A program made the position numbers and the translations under genes. A DNA stretch of 49,595 nt from a bacterium (GTDB taxonomy: Bacteria; SZUA-182; DTGQ01; JAFGSM01), in contig JBLIRN010000021.1 in assembly GCA_049472315.1 (NCBI GenBank), positions 1-49,595 on the forward strand, given 5' to 3'. Position 1 is the first letter of the stretch; the number at the start of each line of letters is the position of its first letter. The notes beneath the pieces were generated by a model. It did no database searches and was not told the origin of the DNA. It saw only the letters and a program-made list of their open reading frames with translations. This document shows positions 1 to 8,600 of this stretch, piece by piece.

Positions 1-1064
1 GCCTGCCTGTACAGGTACTGGGTGCCGAGGCGGTTTGCGCTGCGCGAAGTCTTTCTCCCGTCGTTTATCCCGACTGTGGCGTCCGCTCCACAGCTTATGC
101 CGTCGGCGGGTCCGAAGAAGGTCACGTCCTTGTACTGGAGGAGGACCTGGCCGGTGCATTCATACAGCACCGCCTGGAAGGTGATCCCCGCACCGGAGGC
201 ATCCTGCGGTATGTCCCGCCACTCGATGACCAGCCTTTTGCAGGCCGGATCCGCATCATCCACCCGGTAGTACACCCCTCCCCCCAGGTTGGGCCGCAGG
301 TTCATCCAGTAGGCAAAGATGCTGTCGGGAGGTGCGTTCTTGTGGGTGGGGCTCACCGGGGTGGGTGATATCGGGTTGTAGGAGGGGGTGGCTGCAGTGG
401 CAAAGGTGAGGTAGCCGTTTGAGGAGACCTCCACCCGGTCGTAGCTTCCCCCGTAAAACGGGAAATCAAACCCGATGTCCTGGATGACCCATGAATCATC
501 ATCCGCAAGCGGCACCACCTGCGCCTCCTGCCCGATCTCGATCCATTCGTACGGGGCGGATTGGCAGGCATAGCGTATAGTCACCGTAAGGGTGTAGCTG
601 CTGTTTGTCGTCCCCTGATAGCCGTAGATCTTTACCAGGTAGTCCCCCGACGGTACGGAGGCGGAAACCACCTCCTCGTCGGCGGTCAGGGTGGAGGTGT
701 CCAGGTAGTTGTAGCTGGTGACGGGAACGTGGGCGTCGTAGAGAACCATGTCCAGGTCACCTATCGTGTGGTCAAAGCACATGTTCGCCCGGAGGTTTGC
801 CGCATGCATCCCGCCCGCAGCAGGGATGCTGACCCGGTACCAATCGGCGTCGTTGCATATGAGTCCCGGGTATTCGCCCGGATCGATCAGGGTGGCCTGC
901 TGGGGGGTGTCGTTCTGCAGACCCGCGTTATTCACCTCCAGGGCATCGTCCCCCTGGGCACCGGCGCAGGGGCAGAGTGCGAATAAAAGGAGACAACACA
1001 GCAGGAATACATAAAGGGGAACAATACACCTTCGGGCAGGTCGAGCCAACACTTCCTGAGCCAT
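1..1064 (-). CDS. Secreted protein with a PPC (pre-peptidase C-terminal)-like domain and a NIDO/nidogen-like domain; 3' end beyond the window
   Basis: Absent from the ORF track (no stop in the window). Hand translation from ATG 1064 (SD GGAGGT at 1073-1078) is open to base 1: MAQEVLARPARRCIVPLYVFLLCCLLLFALCPCAGAQ (signal), DADWYRV...DLDMVLYD...GDYLVKIYGY..SSYTLTV (PPC-like), IGFDFPFYGGSYDRVEVSSNGYLTF...LVIEWRD...TFQAVLYE (NIDO-like). Confidence 0.8.
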   Translation of the reverse strand, partial: MAQEVLARPARRCIVPLYVFLLCCLLLFALCPCAGAQGDDALEVNNAGLQNDTPQQATLIDPGEYPGLICNDADWYRVSIPAAGGMHAANLRANMCFDHTIGDLDMVLYDAHVPVTSYNYLDTSTLTADEEVVSASVPSGDYLVKIYGYQGTTNSSYTLTVTIRYACQSAPYEWIEIGQEAQVVPLADDDSWVIQDIGFDFPFYGGSYDRVEVSSNGYLTFATAATPSYNPISPTPVSPTHKNAPPDSIFAYWMNLRPNLGGGVYYRVDDADPACKRLVIEWRDIPQDASGAGITFQAVLYECTGQVLLQYKDVTFFGPADGISCGADATVGINDGRKTSRSANRLGTQYLYRQ

Positions 1065-1207
1065 TAACCAACACCTCCATGGCCTCACGTACAATCCTTC
1101 CACTGATCACTGCACCCTCTTTGACCGCATTGTGCCTTCTGAAAGGGAATGCATAACGCGATGCGCCATTGTGCAGCACTACACATCGATATATGCCGCC
1201 GTATTAT

Positions 1208-4200
1208 TTAAAATGTATGGCAGCCCTTACATAGATCACTTCCCTCCGTGGTTTCGATATTGTCCTTGACCAGAAGCCTTCCGTGCGCGGAACTGTCCGG
1301 GTCCGTGGAAATCCCTCCCTCCCAGGTGGTGGCGGCGGCATGAACATTGTGGCAGGTCAGACAGATGATATTCCCTGTCTCCGTTCCATCTGCGGTAATC
1401 CCCCCCTTCGCACCGCTTCCGCCGGAGTAATAGATCTCGGGCCATTTTTCGGCGGTGGCCGGGTAACGGGGACCCTTGTCTATGGGATGGCTGTCGTGCA
1501 CGAACCGATACTGGTCCGACGCCGCATCATGGCACTGTTCGCAGAAGCTGAACGGTGCGTAGGGGGATAGATTCAGATCCCCCGGTTCATGGTTCAGATA
1601 GGGAGACACCCTCCCGTCGTGGGCATTATGACATGTTCCGCAATATATGCTGCCGGCAGCGACGCCGTAGTCATTTTTGGTTGTTGTGGCGAAACCGTCG
1701 GAGAGAGGAAAATCACCCCCTGCCTGGATGACCCTGGCGGGAGGATTGTTGGGATCAGGAGGCGAGGCAAAGGGATGGGTATGCACATCATCCGCCCACT
1801 TGAGGAGCGCTGCATTCTGATACCCATTCCCCACGATCAGGAAATCACCGTGACACCCGTAGCACATGTCCTCGTAATCGTTGATATCGGTGTCACCCTG
1901 ACGGTCACCCCAGGCCAGATTCTTGGGGGCGATTCTCATGAGCGAGTCGATATCCGCCCGGATTGCCCCGGGCACGCCTTCGCCTGCCCGTTCCTCGCCG
2001 TCGTGGATGAAGTGGCAGAACATACAATTCGCGCACCCCACCTGGTTTTCGATCAGGGTCCCGTTCACGTAGGCCCCGAAGGTCAGCCGTGTGACATCCC
2101 GTGCATAGGACTCAGCCCGTGTAACGCGGTGTTTGCCCTCAAGCATGGATGCGCTCTTATCCGAATGGCATGCAATGCAAAAGACGGCATTGTCCTCCGA
2201 GGGATTCGTGCTCTGGGGGGTATTGTTGCTGACGAATTGCCAGCGCAGGAAATTATTCTCCTTGGTCCCGTCATGGAGCCCATTATGACAGGAGGTACAT
2301 GTTATTTCCCTGTTTTGATTGAGGTATAGCGTGGCCGCTGCTCCCGGGGCCCTCAGGAAGGAGGAACCGGTCAATCGGGCCTCTTCTCCCATGGGGTGAT
2401 GATTTCTTGTGTGACCGGCATTCGCACTCCCCTTGATGATGTCTCCGTAAACCGGCGCTGCCCCATAGCGTATCCACAGGTCGTCCCCCACCAGATGCTG
2501 GGGTTGATGGCAGGCGTAGCACATGGCCGAGGAGAGGCTATTGGGGTCTTGGAGGTCGTCGTTGATTGCGGGCACGTTCGGCAGGGCGATAAAGGGGGTG
2601 TTCGGGTCAACGGAGGGGATGATCCCATTGTGGGGCAGATGGCAGATCGAACAGTCACCGCCGGCGCCGCCGTGGACCAAGGGGTGGCAGTCCTCACAGA
2701 ACCCTTGATCGAGAGGCGTAACCAGCAGGGTGCCATGGGTGAGGAACTCGTCTTCGTTCGCCCCTCCGTCCCAGTCCGTCCGTGCCGTGTGCACGCTGTG
2801 GCAGGTCTGGCAGACCACGGTTCCCGTCGCTGTGTCGAAGGCGGTCAATCCATTGGTGATTCCCCCGATTCCCCCGCTGTAACCGGAATGATAGAGGGGC
2901 GGCACCCCGCCTTCCAGGGGGGTGTCCTGGGGGTGGTTCAGTCCCCCGAGGTCCTCGTGGTATGCAGGGTGACACTGGTAGCAGAGCGAGGAGCCGTAGT
3001 TCTCCTCCCGCAGGTATGCGGATCGCCGTTCCTGGTATTCCTCGGGTATATCCGCAGAGTAACGGATTTGGAGATGCACGCTGTGGCAGCTGCCGCACCA
3101 TATATGTCCCTCCTCGACCCCGTAATCGGTGATCGTTTCGGTCTCCTTGCCGTCGGAAACAATGGGGAGGCGATCATCGAAGGTGTTCACCACCTTGATG
3201 GCAGGGGATGGCGTTGCATTGAATCGATGGGAGAAATAATCGTCCCTGACGTTGTCGAACAGAAGGGCGTTTTCCTCGTTCAGCGAGAACTCCCTTCCTA
3301 CGATATTGTCATCGGAATGGCACCCGTAACAGGCGTCCTCGTAATCCCGGGCATCGGTGTCCATCACCTGATCCGACCAGGCAAGGTTCACCGGGGCAAC
3401 CCGCATGAACACATCCACGGAGGCGGAGGAATTGAATTGGGTGGCCTCGTCCTCATCGGTCTGGTAAAGGGCATCCGGGTCATTCGGCGAGTTGTGGATG
3501 GAATGGCAAAACAGGCACTGATTGTAAGGCGTGATCTGATGGTGCTGTTCACCTCTGGGACCGAGGTCCTCCAGTGTCTTGTCTGAGTGGCAGGCGATAC
3601 AGAAGGCGCCCGCATTGGTAGGATCGAAGTCCATACTGATCACGGGATTGAGGTAGTTGTCGTTGGTGCCGTTGTGAACCGTGTGGCAGGTGCCGCAATA
3701 GAGCTCCCCTGCGGGGGAGAGAGTGCCTGCCTGGGTGGGCTGATGCCCGGATGTCGATGCATCCGCACCCCTGCCCATGGGATGGTGTTCCTTCGGAGAG
3801 GGTAGATCATCTCCTGCCAGAGGCGCCCCGATTTCGCCGTCAAACCCGGATCCGAGCTGGTGACAGCCGTAACAGGCGGCGGCGATTTCCTCGGTATCGG
3901 TGAAGCCGCGGCAATTGGGCACGGCCGTAAAGGGAACCAGGGCCGAGACGAGTATGGTCGGGCCCGGATTGGGGGAGCTATGGGGATGATGGCAGTCATA
4001 GCATCCTTGCTTCGCCCCATGTCCGAGAGCATCGCCGGGAATGATCCCCTGGTGGCACTGGGTGCAGAAGGCGGTCTCCTTGTCCGCGGGTGTCTTTATG
4101 AGGTCTTCCACCTCCTGCCTGAGGTAATCCCCTCCTCCCAGGTCTTCAACCGGATCATAGGGGTCCCGGTGGGGATCGTGGCACGACCCGCAATAGAAGC

Positions 4201-4591
4201 CGTCTCCGCCCTCGTTCTCACCCAGTGGAAAGGGGGTCCAGTCCTGTCGAATGATGCTCGGCCCGTTGATGGAGGCATCGCCTCCCATCACGTGGTCGTA
4301 AGTGATATCCCCCTGGGCCTCGAATATCCCGAACCGGTCCTTGGCCCCGTACAAACCTGTCCCATGGCAGGACGCACAGAGTCTCTTCACGCCCAGAAAT
4401 GGGCCGGTGGTGGTTCGCGCCCACAGCATGTCATCGGCTGCATGGTGGGGGATGTGGCATACGTCGCACGGATTCGTGCCCAGGATATGGGGGCCGTTGA
4501 ACCCGTACACCGGGGGCACGGCCGCGATGAATCCCGCGATGAGGGACACCAGGATACCGGTGATGCAGCGACTAATCGATCTGGATGACAT
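1208..4591 (-). CDS. Secreted multiheme cytochrome c, 24 CxxCH motifs (1127 aa)
   Basis: Sec-type signal peptide; 24 CxxCH motifs counted by hand, in paired CxxCHxx(x)H...CxxCH units; last motif at the C-terminus (CKGCHTF). Confidence 0.95.
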   Translation of the reverse strand: MSSRSISRCITGILVSLIAGFIAAVPPVYGFNGPHILGTNPCDVCHIPHHAADDMLWARTTTGPFLGVKRLCASCHGTGLYGAKDRFGIFEAQGDITYDHVMGGDASINGPSIIRQDWTPFPLGENEGGDGFYCGSCHDPHRDPYDPVEDLGGGDYLRQEVEDLIKTPADKETAFCTQCHQGIIPGDALGHGAKQGCYDCHHPHSSPNPGPTILVSALVPFTAVPNCRGFTDTEEIAAACYGCHQLGSGFDGEIGAPLAGDDLPSPKEHHPMGRGADASTSGHQPTQAGTLSPAGELYCGTCHTVHNGTNDNYLNPVISMDFDPTNAGAFCIACHSDKTLEDLGPRGEQHHQITPYNQCLFCHSIHNSPNDPDALYQTDEDEATQFNSSASVDVFMRVAPVNLAWSDQVMDTDARDYEDACYGCHSDDNIVGREFSLNEENALLFDNVRDDYFSHRFNATPSPAIKVVNTFDDRLPIVSDGKETETITDYGVEEGHIWCGSCHSVHLQIRYSADIPEEYQERRSAYLREENYGSSLCYQCHPAYHEDLGGLNHPQDTPLEGGVPPLYHSGYSGGIGGITNGLTAFDTATGTVVCQTCHSVHTARTDWDGGANEDEFLTHGTLLVTPLDQGFCEDCHPLVHGGAGGDCSICHLPHNGIIPSVDPNTPFIALPNVPAINDDLQDPNSLSSAMCYACHQPQHLVGDDLWIRYGAAPVYGDIIKGSANAGHTRNHHPMGEEARLTGSSFLRAPGAAATLYLNQNREITCTSCHNGLHDGTKENNFLRWQFVSNNTPQSTNPSEDNAVFCIACHSDKSASMLEGKHRVTRAESYARDVTRLTFGAYVNGTLIENQVGCANCMFCHFIHDGEERAGEGVPGAIRADIDSLMRIAPKNLAWGDRQGDTDINDYEDMCYGCHGDFLIVGNGYQNAALLKWADDVHTHPFASPPDPNNPPARVIQAGGDFPLSDGFATTTKNDYGVAAGSIYCGTCHNAHDGRVSPYLNHEPGDLNLSPYAPFSFCEQCHDAASDQYRFVHDSHPIDKGPRYPATAEKWPEIYYSGGSGAKGGITADGTETGNIICLTCHNVHAAATTWEGGISTDPDSSAHGRLLVKDNIETTEGSDLCKGCHTF

Positions 4592-5555
4592 GGACCTTTT
4601 GTCCCCTCCCGTCTACTATGTAAAGCCGTCCGTCGCGAGAACAGGCGATCCCGAGGGGTTCATCGAACACCTTTTCCTGGATGATCCCCATGAACCTTCC
4701 GTTCTTCCCGAAGACCTGGACCGCCTTCAGGACGAAATCACTGACGTATACCCTTCCTGCAGAATCTATGCCAATATCATATGGCCTGACGAATTCCCCC
4801 TCCTTGGTCCCTTTGACGCCGAAGGCATCAATCGGCTGGTGATTGGGTGAGAACCGTTGTACCCTGAAATTTCCCGGATCAACCACATAGACCTCACCGT
4901 CACTGTTAAAGGCACAATTGGCCGGGCCGCCGAACGCCCCCAGTTCCGTTCCCATGTCTCCGAACGAGATGATGAATTCCCCTTCCGGGGTATAGATGCC
5001 CACCCGATGGGTGCAGGAATCAGGGAGATAGATGAGGTCCTTGAGGGGATTATACCCTATGAACGGGGCGCAGGCATCCGACTTTCCCTTGGGCTGGAAA
5101 AGGGGGAACTCCCCGATGAAGGTTCCGTCGGGATTGAACATAAGGACCATATCCCGATCAAGATCGCTTATGTAAATGACGTCCCTTTTATCAATGATGA
5201 TGCCGGAGGGCTCCGAAAAGGCCCCCCTTTCCTTTTCCGCCGTTCTCTTCTCCCCGAATGAGAAGAGATACCCCCCTTGTGGGGAATAGGCGCGTATCTC
5301 CTTTGCATACGGCACCACCACGTATACCTGGCCGGTCGAGTTTATGGCCAGGGTGCGCGGCTTGCCTATCGCCCGTTCCCCCTCCCCCTTGTTGGTGGGA
5401 AAACTGAAACGATACGAATATTTAAAAGGGGGTGGGACGGACTGTGAAAATCCGGAAAGAGGGACGCAGAGCAAGGCGCCCATAAACAGCATTCCCCAGA
5501 GGAGGACCATGGTCCCTTTCACAGGATCCTTTTGATGAAGTACGCAGGTTCTCAT
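4572..5555 (-). CDS. Secreted NHL-repeat beta-propeller protein
   Basis: Hydrophobic N-terminus; NHL repeats such as GAFSEPSGIIIDKRDVIYISD and GEFVRPYDIGIDSAGRVYVSD; overlaps the start of the 24-heme gene by 20 nt. Confidence 0.92.
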   Translation of the reverse strand: MRTCVLHQKDPVKGTMVLLWGMLFMGALLCVPLSGFSQSVPPPFKYSYRFSFPTNKGEGERAIGKPRTLAINSTGQVYVVVPYAKEIRAYSPQGGYLFSFGEKRTAEKERGAFSEPSGIIIDKRDVIYISDLDRDMVLMFNPDGTFIGEFPLFQPKGKSDACAPFIGYNPLKDLIYLPDSCTHRVGIYTPEGEFIISFGDMGTELGAFGGPANCAFNSDGEVYVVDPGNFRVQRFSPNHQPIDAFGVKGTKEGEFVRPYDIGIDSAGRVYVSDFVLKAVQVFGKNGRFMGIIQEKVFDEPLGIACSRDGRLYIVDGRGQKVHVIQID

Positions 5556-5589
5556 AATTTTTACGCCCCCCTTCCCTCCGGCTTACACA

Positions 5590-5628
5590 ACAGGAGGCAC
5601 AAATACCCTCCGTACTTGTGCCTCCTGT
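5590..5628 (-). terminator. 13-bp perfect inverted repeat (stem-loop; partial terminator or mRNA stabiliser) after the 28-heme gene
   Basis: ACAGGAGGCACAA (5590-5602) pairs with TTGTGCCTCCTGT (5616-5628), 13-nt loop; only a weak U-tract follows on the minus strand. Confidence 0.6.
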
Positions 5629-5658
5629 GTTGACGTCATTGTCAACTGTCGCAACGAG

Positions 5659-8600
5659 TTAAAAGGGATGACAATCCCTGCACATGTCACTCCCCATATC
5701 GGTCGATGTATTATCCTTTACAAGTAACATGCCATGTCCCGCCTCGGGGTCATTTTCGACATGGCCGTCGAAGGAGGTGGCGCACGCATGGACATTGTGG
5801 CAGGTGAGGCATACGACCGTGCCCACCTCGTTCGCCGTTTCTCCGGTGATGCCGTCGGGCTCTCCGCTTCCTCCATCGTAATAGACCGAGAGCCATGTGG
5901 CGCTCGTAGCGGGCGGGTTGGGACCCACATCGATGGGATGGCTCATCGCAACGAATTCGCCGGTGCCGGCACCTTCGTCGTGGCACGCCTCACAGAACCC
6001 TTTATCAACTGCAAGGTTTTCATCATCTTCAGCGTGATTGAGATATGGCTGGACCATTCCATCGTGGACATTGTGGCAGCTTCCGCAGAAGATACTGCCG
6101 TCCTGCGTTCCATAGTCGTTCAGGGTCGCCTCCCCCTGCCCGTCCGAGAGCGGATATACGGCGCCCGCCTTGATGTTCCCACTGGTCGGGCTGTTCGGAT
6201 CGGGCGGAACGGTGTACCGGTGTGTGAAATACGCGGTCGGCTGGAGCAGGGCGCCGCTGTCCCCTGGGCCATCAACAATGGACTGTTTTCCATGACATCC
6301 GTAGCACATGTCCTCATAGTCATAGGGATCGGTGTCGCTGCAACTGTCGTCGGCGCACAGGTCGCCGACCTTCCAAATGAGGGCGATGGCGGGCTCGCGC
6401 ATCAAGGCATCCACATCCGCCCTGATTCCCTGGTCGGGCAGAAGGGTGAGCGTGGACTGGCGCTCGAGACCGTCGTGGATGAAATGACAGAACATGCATC
6501 CCCCCCGCTGATTGGGGGAGGCAGCCTGGGTGACAAGGTGCTCGCCGGTAAGGGTCGATTCCGATTTGTTGTCATGGCATGCCACGCAGAAGGTGGCCTG
6601 GTCCTTCTTCTGCGGGCTGTTGAATTCCCACCGCAGGTAGTAGTTGTCCCGGGCATTCTGGGCACTGCCGGCAAAGGGACCGGGGCCGTGGATATCGTCA
6701 TGGCAGGACTTGCAGGTGAGCTCTCCGGCCGCATTGTAGTAATTCTGTCCCGCGGGTATCCCCGCCCTCAGGCTGTTCACGCTGGCCTGGGTTCCCATCG
6801 GGTGGTGTTCCCGGGATGCCGCGGTGAAGTTCGGTGCATCGTCTCCGTAAATGGGGTGCGCGCCGGCATCCTCCCAGTCCTCTGCGCCTTCCGGCCCATG
6901 GCAGCCGTAGCAGAAGGGTGAATCGGTGTTTTGCAGGTTGTTCGGGTCCTCGGACAGGTGCGGGACATTCGGTATGGCCGCGAATTGGGTGCGTGTGATC
7001 CTGTATTTGAGTACCCAGCGTGATTCCGTCTCATTTATCTGGGGAAGGACTGCGCCGAGGTGCACGCTGTGGCAATTCAGACATTCCCCGGCAATGCCGC
7101 CGTGGGCGTCCGGGTGGCAATCGTTGCAGAAGCTGATCCTGACACCCGTGGTCCCGGCCAGCCCGTCCACGCTCCTGAGGTATGTGCCCCCGCGAAGCGG
7201 CTGTGCATGGGGATTGTGACAGGAACCGCAGTAGAATTGCCCTCCGGTGCGATAGGGATCGAGCAGCGGGAAGGTGTCCGCATCCGTGGTGTCAATAGGG
7301 ATGGTGAGCCCGGGGACCGGATAAACGGCACCGATGTCCGCAGCTGCATGCATGACGTGGTCCATGGGGATATCCGGGTCGTTCGGGTCCTGTCGTATAT
7401 CATAAAACGGGACGCTCACCTTGAAGACGCTTGTCCTGCCTGATGTCCCTATACCCTGAGGATTGTGGCAGGTATAGCAGAGCTGCCTGTATCCGGCAAA
7501 TGGGCCGGTGACGTATCCCCGCCTGGACCAGATCTTGGGACCGTAGCTGTTGTGGGGGGAATGGCAGGCATTGCAGATCCCCATCTTTCTCCCGTCATTA
7601 AGAACATTATCCGCAAAGGTGGCACCGTGCTTGTCCTCCGGAAACAGCTCGTTTCCACCGGTAAGGGAGGAGTGACAGGCCTTGCACATCTCGCTTCCTG
7701 CAGGGTCGTCCTCCCTTACGTAGTTATCCATCACCAGGAGCTGTCCATGGAAGAAGCGGGAGGTGTCCATAGGCACGGTTCCGTCCCAGTTCGTTTTCGC
7801 GGCATGGGTATTGTGACAGGTCAGGCAGATCACCTCTCCGCTGTCGGTCACCACGCCTCCCTCCTTGCCGCTGCTCGGGGTGCTGCTGCTCCATGCGGTG
7901 AACACCGTGGGAAAGGTTGCCAGGGTGGGGCTCCCCTCAACGGGATTGTCGTTGGGCCCCACAGCAACCGGATGACTCCGCATCACGAAATTCCCGGCTG
8001 CGTCATCGTGGCACTCCTCGCAAAAGCCGTTTGTCGCATACGGGGAGGTTCCGGAATGCAGGTAGGGTCTCGATGGCTCATAGGGGGCATGAACATTGTG
8101 GCAGGTGCCGCAATAGATGCTCCCGGAAACGGTGCCGTAGTCATCCAGTGTTTCGGTGAGAACGCCGTCCGAGAGGGGGAAGACCCCTCCCGGGGTAATG
8201 TTCTGTGCTGTGGGGCTGTTGGGGTCCGGGGGGGATGCAAACCGGTGTGTGAAGTACGATCCGGGCCTGAGGAGGGCATCGAGGCCGAGGTCCGGCCTAA
8301 GGACGATGCTCGTATCCCCATGGCATCCGTAGCACATATCCTCATAATCCTCCAGGCCCGTGTCTCCGGACCTGTCGCCCCACGCCAGGTTCAAGGGACC
8401 CTGCCGCATCAGGCTATCGATATCGGCCCGGATGCTTCCCCCAACCACCTCGTTCGTCCATTCCTCCCCGTCGTGGACGAAGTGGCAGAACATGCATTGC
8501 TTACAGGAAACGCTCTTGGTGTACCCGGGGGACACCTTGTCGTATACCTCGCGTGAAAGGGGGGAGTCCGTATCCCAGAAATGTTTCTTATCAATGATGA

